Made by a program: the position numbers and the translations under genes
NCBI GenBank assembly: GCA_043732485.1
Contig: JAYTHP010000172.1
Coordinates: 1 to 10,983, forward strand
Direction: 5' to 3'
Length of the DNA: 10,983 nt
Source: Oligoflexia bacterium
Lineage (GTDB): Bacteria > Bdellovibrionota > UBA1018
Shown here: positions 4,110-10,983 of the stretch, piece by piece
How the letters are laid out: each line of letters opens with the position of its first letter
Position numbering within the stretch: position 1 is the first letter of the stretch
The notes under the pieces: model-generated
What the model was told of the DNA's origin: nothing
What the model saw: only the letters and a program-made list of their open reading frames with translations
The model's database searches: none

Positions 4110-7028
4110 GTGCGACTGTTTATGAATTTGGGACATTGTGGTCGATCTTTTGTGGGACTTTCACGCTTGTGGGTTCGGATGACAAGCCTACTGCTTCGGT
4201 TTTTGGGTACGCTAAGTTTGCCGGTAGGGTCCCTGGTGGGGGTGATTATGATAGGCCTGATGGGCGGGCGGCAGGCGTTTGCCAGCCAGAATCATAGTTA
4301 TTTCTTTGCCAATGGTAATCGCATTTTGCTGTCGCAAGACGTTGAGAAGGATCGCTATCAAATTGAGTGGTTTGCAGCGGGTGAGGCGGGTGAGGCGGGT
4401 GAGGGTAAGGTTTTATTGGAGGGGAAGGGTTTTCAAGAGCTGAAGGCCAAGAGCTGGCCTACCCCTTACTTGCAGGTGCGTGATGGCAGTCGCAAGTGGA
4501 TTTCCCAAGACGGCGAAGTGTTTCAGTCTTGTGCCCAGGCAAAAAAGTTGCGCGAGGTGCATCAGCAGTGGTTGGTGTTATCGCCGTTGGGGGAAAAGTC
4601 TGGAGAACAGTGGCTCGTGGAAACGGTGTTTTTTCGCGGGCATTACCAGACCTTTCTCCAAGAGCACTCGAGTGGGGATTGCTATAGGATGTCCAGTCAC
4701 ATGATGGCTCGTGAAAACCGCAAAGAGCAGGAAAAGACCGCTTTTCAAGTCACGCTCTTGGAGCAAAACGGTCACGTCTGGGTCTTACAAAAGGGCACGC
4801 AGTTTGCTTTTGATCTGACCCATCAGCGCCCTTTGCGCTTGATTGAGCATCAGGGGGTGTTGTACTCGCTCGATTGGTCGCATCAGGCGGAGTTAGGGGG
4901 TGAGGTAGTGGTCATGCGGCTTGCGGATCAGCAAAAGGTGCGGCTTTTTTACCCAGTGCAGGAGAATCACTCTGAGAATCCGCTGGAGCTGGAATCTGAG
5001 TCGGAAGAGGAGTCGCCGCGGCCACCCCTGCGCAAGCGTAAGCGGGGTTTGATTGAGCAGCTTTTAGTCGGTTCGGAGGCAGAGGAAAGTGACTCCGAGT
5101 GGAGTGCTCAGCCGGCGATGGAAGTCGAGTCAGGTTTGCTGACGATCAGAAACAGTCCACGCAAGATTGATTTGGATCGTTTTGATGAAGAAGTGCGCAT
5201 GGGAGAGCAGTTATCGCGCAATTTAAGATCCCTGAATAACCGCGGAGATTCCTTGGATCCGATGGCTTATCTCAGGACCCATTTTCAGGAATTGGTATCT
5301 GCGGCCAGGCAGTCGCCTGAGCACTTCCCGGAGGATGCCTTAGAGACCGTGATCTTACCGATGAAGCGAGCCTTGCGGCATCGCCAAAGTGTGATTCTGC
5401 TGGGTCCTGCGGGCTCAGGCAAATCCAGTGCTATTCGAGCGTTAGCCAGAGAAATTGCCCGGGGGGCTTATAAGGATCTGCCACGCAGTTTGCAGATTTT
5501 TGAGCTCACTGCAGCCACCTTACAAGAGGAGTCCAAGTTTGTTGGGACGATTGAAGGCAGGATGAACCTGATCTTGAAGGCTGCACAGGAAAACGGCGTG
5601 ATCTATTTCATGGATGAATTTCATAACCTGGCAGGCGCAGGCACCCACTCTAACCGTGCGAACGATTTAACTCAAGACCTCAAGGTAGCGTTAGAGCGCA
5701 AGCAGATCGTGCTGGTGGGTGCTGATACCAAAGAGGAGTTTCGGGCGGCTTATGGCTGGGACGGGGCGTTTATGCAGCGCTTTCAGGAAGTGAAGATGGT
5801 GCCGCTTGCCGGTCAACCGCTGCTCAAGTTGCTGGCTGAGAAGTTTCAAAAGGATACCTCAGTCACCCTCTCGCCTGCCATCCTGGAGCAAGCGGTGCGG
5901 CTGTCGGAGCAGTATGATCTGGAAACTGCGCAGCCCCGGGCAGCAGTCAATTTACTGAAAGAAGCCCTTCGGCAGGTCGAAGAGCGCGGCGGGGTGCTTA
6001 GGCTGTCGTCAGACGAGTTGCAACGTGCGGCCTTGAGTCGTTATAGTTTGGATCCGCATCAGTTTGATTTAAGCTTTCAAAAGCAGCGACTCAAAAATCT
6101 GCAAGAGGATCTTAAAAAGGAAGTGGTGGGGCAAGAGCACGCGAAAAAAGCCTTGCTGCAACTCTGGGGACGGCAAGTGAGTCAGGCCGTCGATCCTGCG
6201 GCGATTAAGACCTTGCTGTTAGTCGGACCGCCTGGAGTGGGTAAGTCCATGCTCGCTGAGTTCTCAGCGAAACGGATGGGGTATGCCTCAACCCTGATTG
6301 CCATGAATGCCTTAGGTTCGTACTCAGGGGTGGAGCAGTTTAAAAAGGAGATTGTCCAGGCCCTAGTGAAAAACCGCTTGCAGGTCTTTATCTTGGATGA
6401 GATCGAAAAAGCTCCCTTGAGCGTACAAAACGTCATTTTACAGCTCCTTGAAAAGGGCACGCTGACTTTTGAAGAGCAGTTTTCAAGCAGACGCAGCAAG
6501 ATCCGGACGATCAATTGTCGCAACTCCTTTTTCATTTTTACCTCCAACGGTGCGCAGGGCTATTTGGAGGAAAGAAAAGACCAGCGCGACTTTGAAAAGT
6601 ATCCGCTGGATCAGTTTCGGTTGCGCAGGATCTTGCGTGAGCCTGATCATCATGGCCGGATGATCTCCACGGAGCTCTTGGCAAGGATCCAAGAAATCCT
6701 CCCTGTGATGCGTCCGTCGCGTGAGGAATACAAGCGAGCGGTGGAGTTTTATCTGACGCGTCTTTTAACGGAAGCAAGCCAGCGGCTGCGGATCACCGTC
6801 AGTCTCACCAACGCCCCGGAGTTCATTGAAGCCGCTATCGCAGGTGATCTTTCGGAGATGGGTTACCGCGAGGCCCAGCAAACCACGCGGCTGATTGAAA
6901 ACACCCTGGCGCAGGCCTATTTGGAGCAACTGCCTGAGCCAGGCTCACACCTCGCCATTCGCTGGAATCCTCAAGAGGCTGATCAGTTTGTGAAAAAAGT
7001 GCCGGAGTTTTTAGGGATGTACCAGTAG
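4110..7028 (+). CDS. Atypical Clp/Hsp100 class I (ClpA/ClpB-like) double AAA+ ATPase with signal-peptide-like N-terminus and unrecognised N-domain
   Basis: D1: Walker A GPAGSGKS (5403-5426), Walker B IYFMDE (5601-5618), LKVALERKQIVLVGADT and DGAFMQRFQ (ClpB LKPALARGEL..GATT and DAALERRFQ). D2: VVGQEHA, Walker A GPPGVGKS (6225-6248), Walker B VFILDEIEKA (from 6384), ILQLLEKGTLT, IFTSN, ELLARI. ATG 4122 with GGGGAG at 4105-4110 is a plausible alternative start. Confidence 0.9.
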   Translation: MRLFMNLGHCGRSFVGLSRLWVRMTSLLLRFLGTLSLPVGSLVGVIMIGLMGGRQAFASQNHSYFFANGNRILLSQDVEKDRYQIEWFAAGEAGEAGEGKVLLEGKGFQELKAKSWPTPYLQVRDGSRKWISQDGEVFQSCAQAKKLREVHQQWLVLSPLGEKSGEQWLVETVFFRGHYQTFLQEHSSGDCYRMSSHMMARENRKEQEKTAFQVTLLEQNGHVWVLQKGTQFAFDLTHQRPLRLIEHQGVLYSLDWSHQAELGGEVVVMRLADQQKVRLFYPVQENHSENPLELESESEEESPRPPLRKRKRGLIEQLLVGSEAEESDSEWSAQPAMEVESGLLTIRNSPRKIDLDRFDEEVRMGEQLSRNLRSLNNRGDSLDPMAYLRTHFQELVSAARQSPEHFPEDALETVILPMKRALRHRQSVILLGPAGSGKSSAIRALAREIARGAYKDLPRSLQIFELTAATLQEESKFVGTIEGRMNLILKAAQENGVIYFMDEFHNLAGAGTHSNRANDLTQDLKVALERKQIVLVGADTKEEFRAAYGWDGAFMQRFQEVKMVPLAGQPLLKLLAEKFQKDTSVTLSPAILEQAVRLSEQYDLETAQPRAAVNLLKEALRQVEERGGVLRLSSDELQRAALSRYSLDPHQFDLSFQKQRLKNLQEDLKKEVVGQEHAKKALLQLWGRQVSQAVDPAAIKTLLLVGPPGVGKSMLAEFSAKRMGYASTLIAMNALGSYSGVEQFKKEIVQALVKNRLQVFILDEIEKAPLSVQNVILQLLEKGTLTFEEQFSSRRSKIRTINCRNSFFIFTSNGAQGYLEERKDQRDFEKYPLDQFRLRRILREPDHHGRMISTELLARIQEILPVMRPSREEYKRAVEFYLTRLLTEASQRLRITVSLTNAPEFIEAAIAGDLSEMGYREAQQTTRLIENTLAQAYLEQLPEPGSHLAIRWNPQEADQFVKKVPEFLGMYQ
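4377..4403 (+). repeat. 9-bp tandem repeat (GCGGGTGAG)x3 encoding AGE x3
   Basis: Three perfect in-frame copies in the ATPase N-domain. Confidence 0.9.
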
Positions 7029-7058
7029 ACGGCGGGAGAGGGCGGGCGCAGCCAAAAG

Positions 7059-7076
7059 AGCAGCAGCAGCAGCAGC
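7059..7076 (+). repeat. (AGC)6 intergenic microsatellite
   Basis: AGCAGCAGCAGCAGCAGC about 30 nt after the ATPase stop codon. Confidence 0.85.
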
Positions 7077-7366
7077 GGGAGTGCGCAAGTGAGCGGCGGG
7101 AGTTTTGTCGGAGCAGGAATGCTTGTATGGTGGGCAACCGTTAAAAGTACCCAGTGTTTGAGGGTGACCACCGACACACCGCGCCGCTTAAAAGGTCGTT
7201 GAGGCCCCAGGGAAGCAGTGAGGGGGGCTCTTAAGCTTCTAATTCAGTTGCGTCCCGGCAGTCTTACCAGGGTGTCTTCTCTTAAAGCACGCATCCCCAA
7301 TGATCTGCAAAAAGTTGCGTTTCTCTGCGATGACCGCAATGCGACAACTATCCTGATACAGGGGGG

Positions 7367-7798
7367 GCACGGGCAAACCTTGAACTCGATCTGATGCTCG
7401 GTCACCTGCATCGCTATCCTTAGAAGGTCAAAAACCTGAACGATATGAGTCTTGTCAGACTTTACCGTCTTTAAGCTCGAGCCGCATGCACATTCAGAAA
7501 CACTATGCTGAAGGAGCTGGTCTGGCTTCGCCACTTTTTTTAGTTTAGTAACACGATGACCGGTCTATCCACCCGGCTTTTTTCCGGTCTTTTTGCGCTG
7601 ACTGCTAGGGATGACGGGTTGGTTTGCTAAGCCGTCACTTGAAGGGAGCTTCGAGCTATTGGTGCTGTTTCTCCCCTTTTTTCAAGAAGGCCACGAATCA
7701 TAACTTCAAGATTACGAACCTGTCCTCAAGCTTGCGAATATGCTCTTTCACTTCGTTCGGTAGATCCTCAAAGAGGTTCTCTTAAGCAAGGTAGGCAT
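7367..7798 (-). pseudogene. IS66-family transposase N-terminal remnant (frameshifted, internal stop, 3'-truncated)
   Basis: The minus frame reads NSTNSSKLPSSD (7669-7634)...SQRKKTGKKPGG*TGH...HSVSECACGSSL...QVFDLLRIAMQVTEHQIEFKVCPC. This matches the IS66 NSxNSSxPPSSD / KPGGQxGH motifs and zinc ribbon. TAG at 7567-7565 replaces the conserved Gln. Coiled-coil-like pieces upstream lie in shifted frames. No DDE core is seen. Confidence 0.88.
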
Positions 7799-8040
7799 TT
7801 CAACAGAGCTTATCAATGATGGCTAGCATCAATCAGATGAGAAAAACAAAAAAGGACGTTTCTGCGCTCAATCTAAATATTTATTTGCCCTCTTTCTAGC
7901 TGGATCAGTGGGATTTGGGCTGGTTCGAACAAATAACTTATGGGCGCCTCGTAAGCAGAAGATTCATGTCATGTTGACGCCATCCGTGTCTGTTCGTGAA
8001 AAATTAAACCCACTCTGCAGAAAATGCGGTGAACAGTCAC
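7367..8040 (-). mobile_element. Decayed IS66-family insertion sequence (left end plus partial transposase)
   Basis: Transposase remnant plus a candidate left inverted repeat GTGACTGTTCACCG (minus strand, 8040-8027) resembling GTAACTGTTCA-type ends. No matching right end found. Confidence 0.65.
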
Positions 8041-8103
8041 ATGAAAACTCAAAGAGACCAGGGAGTCCAAGTGCCGTCTTGAAGTCGGGCCCAACGTTAT
8101 AAT

Positions 8104-8475
8104 TTACTGCGTCGCAGAGGGGCTGGCAGGCGGCAGCGGCGTTGCGCTAGTAGACCCCTGATTCGCAGGCACCGGGCTCCCGGAAAGCGTTTCCGATGGC
8201 GCGCTGCTGGGTGTTGCAATCGGCGTGCCCTCAAAAACGCTCTTTCCTGCTTGCCCGGACAAGACGGTCAGGCCAATCGAGGTCAACATGAAAACAGCAG
8301 CCGAGCCTGAGGTCATGCGGGTTAAGAAATTAGCCCCGCCTGAGGTCCCAAAGATCGTTTGGCTGGATCCACCCAGCGTGGTGCTGATCTCGGCGCCTTT
8401 GCCGGATTGCAGTAACACCAAGAGGATGAGGAAAAAGCAGGTCACAATGTGAACGATTGTCAGTAGGGTTTGCAT
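8104..8475 (-). CDS. secG: Preprotein translocase subunit SecG
   Basis: TM1 ending LVLLQSGKGA, Gly-rich loop LGGSSQTIFGTSGGANFLTRMT, TM2, then a Pro/Ser/Thr-rich tail. This is the classic SecG signature. Confidence 0.96.
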   Translation of the reverse strand: MQTLLTIVHIVTCFFLILLVLLQSGKGAEISTTLGGSSQTIFGTSGGANFLTRMTSGSAAVFMLTSIGLTVLSGQAGKSVFEGTPIATPSSAPSETLSGSPVPANQGSTSATPLPPASPSATQ

Positions 8476-10578
8476 TTACTTACTTTCTTTAGCCTTCTGC
8501 TCTTGATATTTCCTGGTCATCTCTTCTTGCACGTTGCGAGGCACGGAGGAGTATTTTAAGAACTCCATCGTAAATTCCCCTTTTCCTTGAGTGGCTGATC
8601 GTAAGTCGGTGGAATAGCCAAACATTTCACTTAAGGGCACTTCGGCTTCAATGATCGCATACCCTTCATTGGTGCCGCTGTTGACAATCACTCCGCGTCT
8701 TTGATTGATCTGGCCCATGGCGCCCCCTTGGAATTCTTCAGGGACCTGAGTTTCAAGCTTCATGATCGGCTCTAAAACCACTGCGCCAGCCTTCGCGTAA
8801 GCTTCACGAAACCCCATCAGTGAGGCGGTTTTGAAAGCCAATTCCGAGGAGTCCACCGCATGGCTCGCGCCGTCGTTAATCGTCGCACGCACGCCCACAA
8901 TTGGGAAGCCAATCAGCCTGCCTTCTTTGATTGCCTCTTGGAAACCCTTGTCACACGCTGAGACGAACTCGCGTGGGATCGATCCCCCCACGATTTCATC
9001 GACAAACTCGTAACTGAGTACCGAGTCGCTGGGCAATGGCTCAAGAGAGCCCACCACTTTACCAAACTGACCGGAACCCCCGGTTTGCTTCTTGTGGGTG
9101 TAACTAAAGTCAGCCTTTTTCGTGATCGTTTCTCGGAAAGCCACCTGTGGCTTACCGACAATCACTTCACAGTTGTATTCTCGCTTGATGCGTTCACAAT
9201 AAATCTCCAAGTGCAATTCACCCATCCCACTAATGATGGTCTGCCCGGACTCCTCATCGCGGTGCACGCGAAAGGTCGGGTCTTCTTTGGTGAACTTATT
9301 AAGTGCTTTGGAAAAATGGGTCTGGCTGGCCTTATCTTTTGGCGTAATAGCCAGCGAGATCACCGCATTGGGGATGAACATCGAGGTCATCGTGTACTTA
9401 ATCTTACCATCGGTAAAGGTATCTCCTGAGGCACAATCCACCCCGAACATCGCCACAATGTCGCCTGCTTGGCAATCATCAATGTCGTTCATCTCATCGG
9501 CGTGCATCTGGGCGAGTCTGGGGACCTTGACTTTCTTGTCATTGGAGACGTTAAAGATCACGTCTCCCTTCTTCATGGAGCCCTGATAGATGCGCATGTA
9601 AGTGAGCTGTCCGTAACGCCCTTCATCAAGTTTGAAGGCCAAAGCCACGAACGGCAGGCTGGCGTCCGACTTTAAGACCACCTTTTCTTCAGCTTTGAGC
9701 TGATCGAGGGCCAGATTTTCCTTCTCAGCAGGGCTGGGCAGGTAATAGGTCACAGCGTCAAGCAAAAGTTGTACGCCCTTGTTTTTATAGGCGGAGCCCA
9801 TCATGACGGGAGTAAAATTGAGGGTCAAGGTTGCCGTGCGAATCGCGTTTCTTAGTTCCTCAACCGTGACGGCTTCCCCTTCTAGGTATTTGTTCCCCAC
9901 CACTTCGTCAAATTCGCCAACAGCCGAGATCAAATCTTCTCGGTATTTCTGAGCTTCGGCGACCAATTCGGCTGGCACTTCCTCTTCACGAATGTGCTCG
10001 CCGTTATCGCCGTCAAAGTAAAATGCCTTGAAGGTCACTAAATCGACCACGCCCTTGAACTGATCTTCGGCGCCAATCGGGTAAGTGATTAAGTGAGCGT
10101 TGTGACTGAGCTTTTCTCGTAACATTTTGACGCCGCGAAAAGGATTCGCTCCCGCGCGGTCCATCTTATTGATGAAGCAAATCCTGGGGACTTTATAACG
10201 CTTCATCTGACGATCAACCGTGATCGATTGCGATTGCACGCCTGCCACCGAGCACAAGACCAACACCGCGCCGTCTAAGACGCGCAAGGAGCGCTCGACT
10301 TCAATCGTGAAGTCGACGTGTCCTGGGGTATCAATCAAGTTGACGTTGTAATCTTTCCAGACGCAGTAGGTGGCGGCTGATTGGATGGTGATCCCTTTTT
10401 CACGCTCTAAATCCATGAAATCCATGGTCGCGCCGACCCCGGACTTCCCTTTGACTTCCTCAATACGATGGATTCTTTTGGTGTAAAAAAGTACTCTTTC
10501 GGAAAGGGTGGTTTTCCCGGAGTCAATGTGAGCTGAGATCCCAATGTTTCTAATTTTATCGGCGGCAAAACGAGTCAT
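8476..10578 (-). CDS. fusA: Elongation factor G (spdEFG1 / mitochondrial EF-G1-like subtype)
   Basis: [77 protein letters not shown]; 700 aa. Confidence 0.99.
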   Translation of the reverse strand: MTRFAADKIRNIGISAHIDSGKTTLSERVLFYTKRIHRIEEVKGKSGVGATMDFMDLEREKGITIQSAATYCVWKDYNVNLIDTPGHVDFTIEVERSLRVLDGAVLVLCSVAGVQSQSITVDRQMKRYKVPRICFINKMDRAGANPFRGVKMLREKLSHNAHLITYPIGAEDQFKGVVDLVTFKAFYFDGDNGEHIREEEVPAELVAEAQKYREDLISAVGEFDEVVGNKYLEGEAVTVEELRNAIRTATLTLNFTPVMMGSAYKNKGVQLLLDAVTYYLPSPAEKENLALDQLKAEEKVVLKSDASLPFVALAFKLDEGRYGQLTYMRIYQGSMKKGDVIFNVSNDKKVKVPRLAQMHADEMNDIDDCQAGDIVAMFGVDCASGDTFTDGKIKYTMTSMFIPNAVISLAITPKDKASQTHFSKALNKFTKEDPTFRVHRDEESGQTIISGMGELHLEIYCERIKREYNCEVIVGKPQVAFRETITKKADFSYTHKKQTGGSGQFGKVVGSLEPLPSDSVLSYEFVDEIVGGSIPREFVSACDKGFQEAIKEGRLIGFPIVGVRATINDGASHAVDSSELAFKTASLMGFREAYAKAGAVVLEPIMKLETQVPEEFQGGAMGQINQRRGVIVNSGTNEGYAIIEAEVPLSEMFGYSTDLRSATQGKGEFTMEFLKYSSVPRNVQEEMTRKYQEQKAKESK

Positions 10579-10590
10579 GAAAAATATGTT

Positions 10591-10596
10591 CTCCTT
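10591..10596 (-). promoter_or_regulatory. Shine-Dalgarno site of fusA
   Basis: AAGGAG on the minus strand, 12 nt upstream of ATG 10578. Confidence 0.65.
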
Positions 10597-10612
10597 GATC
10601 TTAAGTAAGGGG

Positions 10613-10642
10613 GTTCTACCGAAAAAGGAGCGATTTAATCAA
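10613..10642 (-). promoter_or_regulatory. Putative sigma70 promoter for fusA-secG
   Basis: Minus strand TTGATT (10642-10637), 18-nt spacer, TAGAAC (10618-10613), in the divergent intergenic region. Confidence 0.35.
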
Positions 10643-10693
10643 GTGATTTCTCTGGCCTGGGCGGGTTTTTTGCTCTAAAGTCGCGCTAAACGT

Positions 10694-10983
10694 ATGAGAA
10701 ATGTGAAAAATTTTCTGTGGATGGATCTGGAGATGACCGGTTTAGACGAAAAGCGCCATTGCATCTTAGAGGTGGCGGTGGTGGTGACTAATCCTCAGCT
10801 TGAGGTTTTAGCGGAATACCACCAGGTGGTGTATCAGCCGGAAACGGAGCTGGGGCCTGAGCGGATGGACGATTTTGTCAGAAAAATGCATGAAAGCAAT
10901 GGCTTACTGCCGTTAATCCCGTTTGGAGTGGCGTTACCGCAAGTCGAAGAGCAGATTCTCAGCCTGATTGCCCCTTTCTTTCC
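10694..10983 (+). CDS. orn: Oligoribonuclease (5' part; runs off the window end)
   Basis: Manual translation MRNVKNFLWMDLEMTGLDEKRHCILEVAVVVTNPQLEVLAE...VYQPE...MDDFVRKMHESNGLL matches Orn WIDLEMTGLD...IIEIA..VT...MDDW...H..SGL (DEDDh Exo I motif). Absent from the ORF track because there is no stop in the window. Confidence 0.95.
   Translation, partial: MRNVKNFLWMDLEMTGLDEKRHCILEVAVVVTNPQLEVLAEYHQVVYQPETELGPERMDDFVRKMHESNGLLPLIPFGVALPQVEEQILSLIAPFF

Noticed and set aside
4110..7028. Calling the ATPase clpA, clpB or T6SS clpV
   Set aside because: No Clp N-domain, M-domain, GYVG pore loop or IGF/L loop, and no T6SS genes in the window.
7200..7232. GAGGCCCCAGGGAAGCAG resembling SRP RNA domain IV, within a weak hairpin
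   Set aside because: Lacks the GNRA/GGAA tetraloop, correct spacing and long flanking helix. The hairpin also has no proper U-tract, so it is not called a terminator.
7908..8102. 64-aa plus-strand ORF, and the antisense or alternate-frame ORFs inside tpiA, the ATPase, secG and fusA
   Set aside because: Shadow ORFs overlapping well-supported genes or the IS end, with no independent coding evidence.
8041..8103. Expected tRNA-Leu downstream of secG; GACTTCAAGAC looked anticodon-like
   Set aside because: No cloverleaf, T-loop GTTCRA or acceptor stem can be built.
1..10983. CRISPR array, rRNA, tmRNA or RNase P RNA
   Set aside because: No regularly spaced repeats or conserved RNA signature sequences were seen by eye.

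Overview
Bacterial chromosomal window, probably from a delta-proteobacterial/Bdellovibrionota-like lineage (inferred from the EF-G subtype). Housekeeping genes flank a ~7 kb accessory segment. On the left is tpiA (+), which carries a ~55-aa insertion. On the right are abutting fusA-secG (-) and a divergent orn (+) cut by the window end, which the ORF track misses. The accessory segment holds (i) a 554-aa orphan membrane protein with a signal-like N-terminus and a Cys- and N-glycosylation-sequon-rich loop between two transmembrane helices, (ii) a 1.2 kb non-coding region, (iii) a 972-aa degenerate ClpA/ClpB-like double AAA+ ATPase with an apparent signal peptide, an NLS-like RKRKR motif and a C-terminal HbYX-like tail (MYQ), and (iv) a decayed IS66-family element. 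The most interesting hypothesis is that the two large accessory genes encode exported effectors aimed at a eukaryotic host or prey. That is inference from motifs, not demonstrated.
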